From a virus (taxonomy: Duplodnaviria; Caudoviricetes), in IMG/VR virus record IMGVR_UViG_3300028591_000071: DNA of 64,000 nt. One strand, given 5' to 3'. The notes beneath the pieces were generated by a model. It searched no databases. It saw nothing but the letters and a program-made list of their open reading frames with translations, and had not been told where the DNA came from. This document shows positions 10,831 to 19,274 of the stretch, piece after piece (the first letter of the stretch is position 1; each line of letters opens with the position of its first letter). The translations under genes were made by a program, and so were the position numbers.

Positions 10831-11640
10831 TTATTTTTCGTTTGTCAGTATTATAGTTTTGTTAAATTCCTTGTTCCATACTTTTGTAGTATATGATATT
10901 TCAATACCAGAATCAGTATCTTTAATATTATAATCACTTATAAATGGTTTATCTAATCCATAATGGTTTATATTAATATAAGCTAACGCGCACACGAGAG
11001 AATCACAGGCGTCATAATTCTCCTTCCTCAGTTCCCCCTTGTCATTGTACGCCCAAGAAATGTTTTCCTTTCCATACATATCATTTACCATATTCATCAT
11101 CACCAACTTCTTGTCGATGTCAAATGGGTAACTTCCAAAGAGCACTATCTTTCCGTTCTTTATTGAATCTTTAATATGCTTGAGCGGATATTCCCTCCCC
11201 TTCTTATCATATTTCCTGAGAGAAATCAATTCAGGAAATGAATAGGCCCTTGCGTCATATGATGATATAAAATTTGGAACAATGCCAAGAATCCTATATA
11301 TCGTCTCCGAAATCATTCCGTTGAACCTAAGGAGCGTGGCCACCGTATTCGCATTGTTTGACGAAAGAAGCGGTTCTTCAATAACCACATCTGTAATACT
11401 GTATGCCGTGGCGATATCCTTTATAAACTCATCCTCAAATATCTGTTTCCTAAGAAAAAGGGCTTCAATCCCCTTTATCTTTCTCGGAATTTTAGGGGTT
11501 TTATGGCTCAGATACACAATCTCAGGGTGGTCATCGCCATTATCCTTCAGCACACAAACGCCGATGCACGCCGTACTGACATCAAGCCCAAGAACATATC
11601 TTGGATAAACAGACTCTGCTATATCAATCTTTTCTTCCAT
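10831..11640 (-). CDS. RuvC-like Holliday junction resolvase
   Basis: VLGLDVSTACIG, VVIEEPL, LLRFNG, DACDS acidic RNase H-fold motifs; ATG 11640 preferred. Confidence 0.82.
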   Translation of the reverse strand: MEEKIDIAESVYPRYVLGLDVSTACIGVCVLKDNGDDHPEIVYLSHKTPKIPRKIKGIEALFLRKQIFEDEFIKDIATAYSITDVVIEEPLLSSNNANTVATLLRFNGMISETIYRILGIVPNFISSYDARAYSFPELISLRKYDKKGREYPLKHIKDSIKNGKIVLFGSYPFDIDKKLVMMNMVNDMYGKENISWAYNDKGELRKENYDACDSLVCALAYININHYGLDKPFISDYNIKDTDSGIEISYTTKVWNKEFNKTIILTNEK

Positions 11641-11660
11641 ATTTCTTACTAATTCATAAA

Positions 11661-11689
11661 AATGTATAGCGCAACGCACAAATTATCAA
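11661..11689 (-). promoter_or_regulatory. sigma70-like promoter TTGATA-N17-TACATT
   Basis: 17-nt spacing, upstream of the resolvase. Confidence 0.5.
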
Positions 11690-11697
11690 TATTTTTT

Positions 11698-11726
11698 TTG
11701 TTATTTCGGGAAATATTTTGTAAATT
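11698..11726 (+). promoter_or_regulatory. sigma70-like promoter TTGTTA-N17-TAAATT
   Basis: Spacer ends in TG as in the other copies; divergent from the resolvase promoter. Confidence 0.55.
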
Positions 11727-11747
11727 AACGTCAAAGTATAATCATTT

Positions 11748-12113
11748 ATGCCACATTCAGTTAAAATAGAAGATAAATTATACGACAGGATGAAATCATA
11801 CTGCGACCTGAATGGCACATCGCCATATGCCGTGGCAAGGGAAGCAATTGATAAATATCTGAATGAAATAATGTATGGCGACGCTCCGTTTATGAAGAAG
11901 GAAAAAGATGAAAATCGACAAATTTCCACAGAAACACCCGTCAATTTCGACAAAAATAACGAAGAAACGCCGTCTTTTACTGAAGTTACAAACGAAGCCA
12001 TACCCATGGTTGATACTGAAAAAGTAAAAAGCCTGACAGCCGAAAAGGCTGATGAACAAGCGGCTATTGAACACAATGTCACTGAGGTAAGACCAAAGAA
12101 AAGAAGATTATGA
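11748..12113 (+). CDS. Putative ribbon-helix-helix DNA-binding protein with disordered C-terminus
   Basis: N-terminal SVKIEDKLYDRMKSYC..NGTSPYAVAREAIDKYL fits the CopG/Arc beta-alpha-alpha pattern. Confidence 0.6.
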   Translation: MPHSVKIEDKLYDRMKSYCDLNGTSPYAVAREAIDKYLNEIMYGDAPFMKKEKDENRQISTETPVNFDKNNEETPSFTEVTNEAIPMVDTEKVKSLTAEKADEQAAIEHNVTEVRPKKRRL

Positions 12114-14476
12114 AGAAACTTGAAATAGGACAAGACGCAAAAGTGCTCGTAAGATGGAACACGAGCCAACAACTCACAACAAAGGAAGAGGAGAAGAATA
12201 TCATATCCGCAATGGCGAAGAAATATGGTATTCCATCCAAGAACATTCGTGTTGAAAAGCATTTCATAGACCCATCCCTCGAAGATAATGTCCTCGCGGG
12301 AGAGATAGTGCATAATGTCAATGACCCGAAGTTCATGCAGGAATTGATGAAACAATACATTGCCGCAAAGGGTATAACCGATGTGGATTTCGATGATATC
12401 GTTAAGATTGACTCAGCAATAAATGCCTGCATAGACTTCTCCGTGTATGACAAGGGGAAGAAATATACTATAAAGTGGGTCAAATGGGGTAACTTCCTTT
12501 CATATGGCCCTGACAACTATTTTGACTTTACAAAGTTGCATGGACTTATCCTTTTGAACGGACAGCCCGCAAACAAGAGCGGAAAGTCAACATTTGCTTA
12601 CGACCTTCTTCATTTCCTTCTTTTCGGGAAGACGAACACAAACAAGGCAAAGACGCTCGGAGACTTGTTCAACAATTATCTTCCCGACGAAAGGGTTATG
12701 AATGTTGAAGGTTGCATTAATATCGACGGGGATGATTATATAATAAGGAGAACACTCACGAGAGGTGCTGCGGGAAAAAAAACAAGAACCGTAACCAATA
12801 AAGTAGAATATTTCAGAGTAGCAAAGGATGGTTCCGAAGAAATCCTTCCTGACGAGAACGAACAGGGTGCGAGCACCACGAAAACAACGAAGATAATCAA
12901 GGAGGCACTTGGTAACGAAAGCGATTTTGACCTCATAATCAGTGCAAATGCAAAAGACCTTGACAGCCTTATTTCCCTGACAGAAACCGAGAAAGGAAGA
13001 CTTCTTTCAAGGTGGATTGGGCTTTCCATTATTGAAGACAAGGATGTAAAAGCAAGAGAGAAGTGGAATAAGGAAATAAGCGTTGGGCGCTACTGCGACA
13101 TGTATAACAGAACTCAACTTGAAAATGAAGTCGAAGCCCTTAACGCGGAAAATGCAGCACACGCCGAGCAAAAGAAATCCAACGAAACCGCAATAGCCGA
13201 AGCGGAAAAGAACATTGAAGAATACGGGAATACGAGAGACCTTCTCCTTTCTTCAAAGCAGTCAATCGACCCGAGTCTGACAAAGGTTGATGTTGAAACC
13301 CTTAAGACAACAATCGCCAAATTGGTTGAAAGCGGAAAGGCAAAAAATGCAGAAATTCAGTTCATAGAGGGTCAGATAAAAGAAATTGGGGATGTAGATT
13401 ACTCAGAGGACGAATACAAAGCGATGAAAAAGGAAAACGATGCCCTTATATCGTCAATGTCCGAGGCAAGGGCTAATATAAAACATATAAAGGAGACAAA
13501 CGACAATCTATCCTCATCCGAATATTGTCCCGTCTGTCACAAGAAGTTCGATAATGTTGATAATTCAAAATTAATTGAGGAGAACAAGAAAAAAATAGAA
13601 AAACTGATAGAGGACGGTGTCAAGATGAAAAAGCGCAGCGATTTCCTTACTGAAAAGATGGAATCAATTGCCGACAATAGGTCAAAATATCTTAAAAAGT
13701 CGCAACTTGAACTTAAGATTGCAACGATAAAATCTGATGTCGCATCTCAAAGGTTGGAATATACGGAAAAAAACAACCTCCTGAAGGATATAAAGAAAAA
13801 CGAAGAGGCGATAAGGAAAAACAACGAAATCGACACGAAGTTGAATGTGGTCAATGAAAATATCCGCATCAATGAGGGGATAAAGAGGGCAAAGGAACAG
13901 GATAACAAGGATATTGACCGTTACATCGCAAAGAACACGGAAATGATATCCACAAGGAAGAGTTATATCACAAAGATAGAAGAAGAGTTGAAAACAGAGA
14001 AGAATTGGAAACTCTACCTGCAGATGATTGGAAAGGATGGTATCAGCAAGATGGTTCTTAGGAACACGCTGCCTATCATCAATAATGAGTTGAACAGGCT
14101 TCTCGGAGATGTCACGGACTTCTCAGTGGAGATTACGATGAACGAAAAGAACGACATTGACTTCCTCCTTCACAGGGACGGAATAATAACAAGGCTTAGC
14201 GCCGCATCGGGACTTGAAAAGACACAGGCTGCACTCGCGCTTAGGGTCGTTCTCGGAAAGATGTCGCGCCTTTCAAGGCCTCCGTTCATTCTTCTTGACG
14301 AAGTTCTTGGTACTGTTGCAAAGGAAAATTATGACGACATGAAGAAATTGTACGATAAAATCGTCTCAGAATACGATTTCGTGCTACATATATGCCACAT
14401 AGACCTCGATTGGTATGACGAAGGAAATGTGGTTACTGTTGTGAAGAAAGATAACATTTCAAGTATATCTATTTAA
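12110..14476 (+). CDS. Rad50/SbcC (T4 gp46-like) SMC-family ATPase with an N-terminal extension
   Basis: NFLSYG, Walker A NKSGKST, coiled coils with CPVC zinc hook, signature ASGLE, Walker B ILLDE, H-loop ICH. Confidence 0.92.
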   Translation: MKKLEIGQDAKVLVRWNTSQQLTTKEEEKNIISAMAKKYGIPSKNIRVEKHFIDPSLEDNVLAGEIVHNVNDPKFMQELMKQYIAAKGITDVDFDDIVKIDSAINACIDFSVYDKGKKYTIKWVKWGNFLSYGPDNYFDFTKLHGLILLNGQPANKSGKSTFAYDLLHFLLFGKTNTNKAKTLGDLFNNYLPDERVMNVEGCINIDGDDYIIRRTLTRGAAGKKTRTVTNKVEYFRVAKDGSEEILPDENEQGASTTKTTKIIKEALGNESDFDLIISANAKDLDSLISLTETEKGRLLSRWIGLSIIEDKDVKAREKWNKEISVGRYCDMYNRTQLENEVEALNAENAAHAEQKKSNETAIAEAEKNIEEYGNTRDLLLSSKQSIDPSLTKVDVETLKTTIAKLVESGKAKNAEIQFIEGQIKEIGDVDYSEDEYKAMKKENDALISSMSEARANIKHIKETNDNLSSSEYCPVCHKKFDNVDNSKLIEENKKKIEKLIEDGVKMKKRSDFLTEKMESIADNRSKYLKKSQLELKIATIKSDVASQRLEYTEKNNLLKDIKKNEEAIRKNNEIDTKLNVVNENIRINEGIKRAKEQDNKDIDRYIAKNTEMISTRKSYITKIEEELKTEKNWKLYLQMIGKDGISKMVLRNTLPIINNELNRLLGDVTDFSVEITMNEKNDIDFLLHRDGIITRLSAASGLEKTQAALALRVVLGKMSRLSRPPFILLDEVLGTVAKENYDDMKKLYDKIVSEYDFVLHICHIDLDWYDEGNVVTVVKKDNISSISI

Positions 14477-14503
14477 AAATAAAGGAGAATAATATGGGCA
14501 CAG

Positions 14504-15220
14504 ATGCTTAAAAAAAAGAAAATTGTCAATGAATTTGAACGAAGTACGCAGACCTATTTTTCTGAGATAGGAAAACTGTCTCCGCTCTCAAAAGACGAAG
14601 AACTCTCATTATGGGAAAAGTACAAGAAGCATAACGACCTCTCCGCAAGGGATAAAATAATAAAATCAAACCTTAAGTTTGTTGCGAGCGTGGCCAAGCC
14701 CTTCCAAGGGCTCGGCCTTTCGTATTCAGACCTGATTGCCGAGGGTAATATAGGCTTGATGAAAGCCATGGAGAAATTTGACTACGAAAAGGGATACAAG
14801 ACCATAAGTTATTCCGTTTGGTGGATTAGGCAGACAATCATGGAGGCCCTGAAGGAAAGAAATTTGCTTAAGGGAGACGAACTCCCAAGAGATTTTGAAA
14901 AAAACATTGAATCTGACGATGATTCTGAGTATAATAATGTGTCAAAAAGGGATATTGAAGACGGAGATGCAATGTCTTCAATCAGAGACGGAGAGATAAA
15001 ATCAACGGTCAGGATGCTGATGGGCGTTTTAACCAAACGGGAACAAGCCATACTGATTGACTACTTCGGTCTCGGAAACGAAGACGAGATGACTTTGGAG
15101 GAAATCGGCAAAAAACTCGGGCTGACAAAGGAACGGGTAAGGCAGATAAAGGAAAAGTCTCTTAAGAAGTTAAGGGCAGAAACGTTGAAAAATTCAATAA
15201 CAGAAGATATTTATAATTGA
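14504..15220 (+). CDS. Phage-encoded sigma70-family factor (regions 1.2, 2 and 4; region 3 largely absent)
   Basis: SNLKFVASVAK, DLIAEGNIGLMKA.EKFD, ISYSVWWIRQ, TLEEIG..LGLTKERVRQIKEKSL. Confidence 0.92.
   Translation: MLKKKKIVNEFERSTQTYFSEIGKLSPLSKDEELSLWEKYKKHNDLSARDKIIKSNLKFVASVAKPFQGLGLSYSDLIAEGNIGLMKAMEKFDYEKGYKTISYSVWWIRQTIMEALKERNLLKGDELPRDFEKNIESDDDSEYNNVSKRDIEDGDAMSSIRDGEIKSTVRMLMGVLTKREQAILIDYFGLGNEDEMTLEEIGKKLGLTKERVRQIKEKSLKKLRAETLKNSITEDIYN
15207..15214 (+). promoter_or_regulatory. Putative late promoter motif ATATTTAT
   Basis: Overlaps the end of the sigma gene, about 22 nt before the 15236 start. Confidence 0.5.
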
Positions 15221-15235
15221 TTTAGATTTAATATT

Positions 15236-15787
15236 ATGGCAGCAAAGAAAACCACAGAAAAGAAGGAAACTGCACCAAAGAAAACCGTAACCATAAAGAC
15301 ACCGGAAGAAATAACCGTTGAGGTGAAGGAAGAAACTATTGATACGGAAGAACTTATAGCATCACTACCAAAGAACGAGGAAGGGCAGATTATCGGAGCA
15401 GATATGTATGCTGACGAATCATTAGCAGGTTCGGAGGGCGAGCAGGGTGTTGTTGACATTCAAGAGTTGGATGTTGAAAAAATTGAAGAGGCAGTAACAA
15501 GCGTTGATACGGAAATCAAGGACGACAGCAAAAAACTCGAAGAAGCAAAGGCTGAACTTGAAGAGACACTGAAACCTGTAGAAGAAATCGAGGAAGAGGT
15601 TAAAGAAATCGAGTCAAGGCAAGAGGAAATTCAGAAGATAATTGAAACCGAACCTGAAAAGGCAGAGGAAATTATCGAAAAAGAACTCAGTAAGGCAACA
15701 AAAATCAAAGAGAAAATTGAAAAAATAATCAAGAAGCCAAGAGAAAGCGTTACTACTTGGTGGAATGGAATGGGTTATGATTTTTAA
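15236..15787 (+). CDS. Acidic coiled-coil protein (possible scaffold or internal protein)
   Basis: E/K-rich, heptad-like; aromatic C-terminal tail TTWWNGMGYDF. Confidence 0.6.
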   Translation: MAAKKTTEKKETAPKKTVTIKTPEEITVEVKEETIDTEELIASLPKNEEGQIIGADMYADESLAGSEGEQGVVDIQELDVEKIEEAVTSVDTEIKDDSKKLEEAKAELEETLKPVEEIEEEVKEIESRQEEIQKIIETEPEKAEEIIEKELSKATKIKEKIEKIIKKPRESVTTWWNGMGYDF

Positions 15788-15789
15788 TT

Positions 15790-16311
15790 ATGAAAAGGAT
15801 TAAGACAGAAGATGAAGTCACAAGGGACATTCTCAACACCATAAGAAGAATGAACGAAAGTGCGGAATCAACAAATGAAAAGCGTTTACTTAACGAAGCG
15901 GAAGAAAACGCGAAGACAAATGCAATAGCAATAACGGACAACCCTGTTTTCGGACAGAATGTTCTCACTAATCAAATTCAATCGTTCCGTTCTTCAGTAG
16001 AGGGAGGGGCACAATTTTCAAAGCCGGACGAAGAAGATGTAGCATCTTCACCGCTTATTTATCTTCCGGACGATGGAAATCTTGTGTTCAGTGGCGTAAT
16101 TCCATGTCTTAATAACCTGAAATGGCAGTTTGTTCTCAAGACAAGCACGGGCAACGGTTGCTTCACATGGTGTGACGGCCTTATCCTTACCAAAGAAAAT
16201 ATGGCGATACTCAACAAGTTATATGGGTACTATGTCAATTGGAAAGAGAGCTGGACAATGGAAGCATCTGACCTCGAGGCATTGGCAAACCATTTCAAGG
16301 AAAACCAATAG
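15790..16311 (+). CDS. Hypothetical, probable head-internal protein
   Basis: MNES and LLNE motifs near the N-terminus. Confidence 0.6.
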   Translation: MKRIKTEDEVTRDILNTIRRMNESAESTNEKRLLNEAEENAKTNAIAITDNPVFGQNVLTNQIQSFRSSVEGGAQFSKPDEEDVASSPLIYLPDDGNLVFSGVIPCLNNLKWQFVLKTSTGNGCFTWCDGLILTKENMAILNKLYGYYVNWKESWTMEASDLEALANHFKENQ

Positions 16312-16341
16312 ATAATTTAAAAACATATATCCTTAAAAAAC

Positions 16342-16375
16342 AAAGCATCTCGTTTTGGGGTGCTTTCTCTTTTTT
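16342..16375 (+). terminator. Intrinsic terminator
   Basis: aaagcatctc-gtttt-ggggtgcttt followed by a T-rich tract. Confidence 0.65.
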
Positions 16376-16379
16376 ATTG

Positions 16380-16387
16380 ATATTTAT
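16380..16387 (+). promoter_or_regulatory. Putative late promoter motif ATATTTAT
   Basis: About 18 nt upstream of ATG 16405. Confidence 0.55.
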
Positions 16388-16404
16388 GTAAAAAAAAGAT
16401 AACT

Positions 16405-16575
16405 ATGGACAACAAAAGGATACCCCCATCTACGAATTTTCTCAGTAACTATGACTTTTACCCGGGGGCATCATGTAATTGTGGCGGTAATCCGCCTCCC
16501 GAGCCCGAGCCTGATTGTACCACATATTTTGTTGACGATTATTCCGTTGATGAGTTTGAATCCACCTCGCATTAG
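16405..16575 (+). CDS. Small Cys/Pro-rich protein (56 aa), not in the ORF track
   Basis: MDNKRIPPSTNFLSNYDFYPGASCNCGGNPPPEPEPDCTTYFVDDYSVDEFESTSH; has its own promoter motif and terminator. Confidence 0.65.
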   Translation: MDNKRIPPSTNFLSNYDFYPGASCNCGGNPPPEPEPDCTTYFVDDYSVDEFESTSH

Positions 16576-16587
16576 GGTGGATTTTTT
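16559..16587 (+). terminator. Intrinsic terminator overlapping the small ORF stop
   Basis: aatccacct-cgcatta-gggtggatt followed by tttt. Confidence 0.65.
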
Positions 16588-16599
16588 ACTATTATTATG

Positions 16600-16607
16600 C
16601 TATTTAT
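16600..16607 (+). promoter_or_regulatory. Putative late promoter motif CTATTTAT
   Basis: About 24 nt upstream of ATG 16631. Confidence 0.6.
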
Positions 16608-16630
16608 ATGTGATTAAATATAGGTTTTGT

Positions 16631-16876
16631 ATGGCAAAGAAAGTTATTCTAAACGAATCGATGTTCAATCGCCTGATGTGCGAACAGGTCATCTCGGAAA
16701 GCGAGGTGACTAAGGCGGAGATATCGAAAATGATTAAGGATGCCATTAAAGACGACAGGACTATAAATAAAGATATTGAAAAGAAGGTCAAGGCACTTGT
16801 GGCTCAGGCAGTCAATACGCTGTTCAGGACACTGTGGCAGCGTAGGAATTTCTATGAGGATGAAATCAAAAGGTAA
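16631..16876 (+). CDS. Small probable head-internal protein (81 aa)
   Basis: MAKKVILNESMFNRL N-terminus. The track's upstream extension crosses a terminator and promoter, so the start is set at 16631. Confidence 0.7.
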   Translation: MAKKVILNESMFNRLMCEQVISESEVTKAEISKMIKDAIKDDRTINKDIEKKVKALVAQAVNTLFRTLWQRRNFYEDEIKR

Positions 16877-16878
16877 GT

Positions 16879-18156
16879 ATGGCTCACGATGAAATGACAA
16901 GATACGCCTTCATCTCACACATGGAGGATTACATGAAGAAACTTCTCACCGACCCGCTGAAGGCCGATACTGATGAGTTTCTTAAAAGTCACGGCATTGA
17001 CGGTCCAAGAGCAATAGAAATACTTACTAAGAGAACCGACCCGAATGATGAGAATTCATCAATAGTAGTGAAGAAAGCGGCAATCAGGGATAACGGTACA
17101 GACGAAGACGGCAAGCGTTTGAAAGATACATTCACCGTTAAGTATAGAATTCCAAGAAAGGACTATACGAAGAAGATGAGAAATCTTTACATTTCATTGT
17201 TTGAAAGTAATATCGTTGAGGGTTGCCCGATAATTGAAGAAGGCGCTTGGGGCTATGGCATACTTGACAACGACTCCGCACTCGATTATCAGTCTGAAAC
17301 AACATCTGCATACATTAAAAAGGTTATAAAGGACATTAAGAAATCTCCCGATTCTCAGGGTAAATGGGCAAAGGTTGGGGTTCTCGTCGATTTCCTTAAG
17401 AAATACAAGAGTGACGAACTTCAAGTTACTGACATTTATAGTGCTGCAATCGATTTTGCCAAAGATGTGTTAAAGGACCTTTTTGACGACGAGTCATTTA
17501 TCTCGTCGTGGGATGATGAATCAAAAATTAAATCATCACTAAAAAAGGCATTCAACGACGTTTCTATTTTAAGATACAACGAGGATATTATGATTTCAGG
17601 TGAAAAAGAGCCCGAGAATCATCCTGACAGGGGAGAAGTATCGCTTAATCCGCATCCTGTCTCCAATGATGGAAAATTAATGGAAGATGGAGAATGTGCG
17701 GGTGCAACAAATGCAGATTCAAGCGGCCAATTTACAACTCCATTGTTTGGTAGCCCAATAAGAAAGAAAACGATGTACATCACCCAAGAACAGGCGGATT
17801 ATATTGGCCACATGTTAAAAGAAGAAGAGACGAACGGGGCAATGTCAACACCACCTGTCGATAGCAGGATAGGACATTTCGGATACACAGCCCCTATCGG
17901 AGACGGAAAGAACAACAAGGGAAACGATTTCTACAAAGAAGCGAATGACCACAAGGACATGATGAAAAAAAGTTGGCAAGGCGCCGTAGAGGAAGAAAAA
18001 TCGGGTATCCATATCAAAGAAAAAAATAAGGGCAAATTTAATGCTACGAAGGAGAGGACGGGCAAGAGTACGGAAGAATTGACTCACTCAAAAAACCCAT
18101 TAACTCGCAAGAGGGCCATCTTTGCTCAAAATGCAGCACGTTGGAATAAGAAATGA
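16879..18156 (+). CDS. Mosaic probable head-cargo protein with a DUF4259-like domain and a basic C-terminal module
   Basis: GAWGYGILDNDSALD; C-terminal GIHIKEKNKGKF...TRKRAIFAQNAARW; several hydrophobic-x-E sites. Confidence 0.65.
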   Translation: MAHDEMTRYAFISHMEDYMKKLLTDPLKADTDEFLKSHGIDGPRAIEILTKRTDPNDENSSIVVKKAAIRDNGTDEDGKRLKDTFTVKYRIPRKDYTKKMRNLYISLFESNIVEGCPIIEEGAWGYGILDNDSALDYQSETTSAYIKKVIKDIKKSPDSQGKWAKVGVLVDFLKKYKSDELQVTDIYSAAIDFAKDVLKDLFDDESFISSWDDESKIKSSLKKAFNDVSILRYNEDIMISGEKEPENHPDRGEVSLNPHPVSNDGKLMEDGECAGATNADSSGQFTTPLFGSPIRKKTMYITQEQADYIGHMLKEEETNGAMSTPPVDSRIGHFGYTAPIGDGKNNKGNDFYKEANDHKDMMKKSWQGAVEEEKSGIHIKEKNKGKFNATKERTGKSTEELTHSKNPLTRKRAIFAQNAARWNKK

Positions 18157-18350
18157 ACAACGATATAAGAATATACGGAAACGGACTTAATTCAGAAGTA
18201 ATTAAGGATATAAAGTCTCTCAATGAAAAGATTGAAAAGGAACAAGACCCTGAATCCGCATTGAAATTGAGACTACAGAGACTTTATCGTGGTATGGAGT
18301 TGAACACAGGTATAGCGACAAGGCAACTAAATGGGTATTACCCATATTAA
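18153..18350 (+). CDS. Small hypothetical protein (65 aa)
   Basis: ATGA overlap with the upstream gene. Confidence 0.7.
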   Translation: MNNDIRIYGNGLNSEVIKDIKSLNEKIEKEQDPESALKLRLQRLYRGMELNTGIATRQLNGYYPY

Positions 18351-18374
18351 TAAAACATAATAAAAAGAATAAAA

Positions 18375-19253
18375 ATGGAACAAGTATTCACTGTTAAGGC
18401 GTTGAAGAATCTTGTTGCGGAAAGTTCCAATGAGTTCAAGGCAGTCCTTGGACCAAATGTGGAAGAGGATAACAAGAAAAATAACGGTAAGGCCTACAGC
18501 GACGCCAAGAAAAGGGCCAATGACTATGACGGCGGTCTTGAGCATGAAATGCTCGAGGAAAGACCTGACTATGTAAAGGTTGATGCAAATAAAACCACGC
18601 TCGACTACAACCCACAAAATGCGACAGAAGAAATGAAGGAAAGATGGAAGGCACAAGCCGAAGGCTACACTTCTGTTGCTGAAAAGAATAACGGAATAGC
18701 AAAAACAGGCGAGCGCAAAGGCAACGAAAATGCCTACAAAGGAATCAAGGACGCGGGCAAAAAGATTCACAAGGCTGAAGATGAATATAAATTCACAAAG
18801 GTACAGGTCCGTGACGAGAATCCAAAACCTTATAGCAAGGATGAGATGTATGAAAGCAAAGACGGCTTTGATATGAGGAACATGATTGACAGGTTCCGTT
18901 CAAACGCTCAACCGACAGTTCTTAAGGAACATATTAAAACCGTTTATTTCAAAAAGACGACATTCTTGAGTGAAGACCACATGAAATCAAGGATTCCTGA
19001 TGAATTTAAGAAAGAAGGTGAGCAGTTCAAGATGAAAGACAAGACCGGAAACGTCTATCTGATGGAATGGAAAGATGGAAACGGAAAGATATTGGAACAC
19101 ACCAACAAGAACGGAATGACTGAATCACTCAACGAGATGAAGACGCTCTATTCTTATACCCCATCGGCAAACGAAGACTCACACTCAAGCAGATTGAATG
19201 AGAACGACGCGGCATTTGTTGAGGTACTGAATAAAGTAAGAAAAATAAAATAG
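18375..19253 (+). CDS. Charged probable head-internal or scaffold-type protein
   Basis: LVAES, MYES, LKE, SLNE and RLNE motifs; K/E-rich. Confidence 0.6.
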   Translation: MEQVFTVKALKNLVAESSNEFKAVLGPNVEEDNKKNNGKAYSDAKKRANDYDGGLEHEMLEERPDYVKVDANKTTLDYNPQNATEEMKERWKAQAEGYTSVAEKNNGIAKTGERKGNENAYKGIKDAGKKIHKAEDEYKFTKVQVRDENPKPYSKDEMYESKDGFDMRNMIDRFRSNAQPTVLKEHIKTVYFKKTTFLSEDHMKSRIPDEFKKEGEQFKMKDKTGNVYLMEWKDGNGKILEHTNKNGMTESLNEMKTLYSYTPSANEDSHSSRLNENDAAFVEVLNKVRKIK

Positions 19254-19274
19254 AATAGAAACACACACATAGCG

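Noticed and set aside
10831-11640. TnpB, Cas12 or transposase reading of the RuvC-like ORF
   Set aside because: Short stand-alone RNase H fold, no zinc finger, no IS ends or array; replication context favours a resolvase.
16451-16630. N-terminal extension of the 16876-ending ORF in the track
   Set aside because: Crosses a terminator and promoter motif and overlaps a better-supported small ORF.
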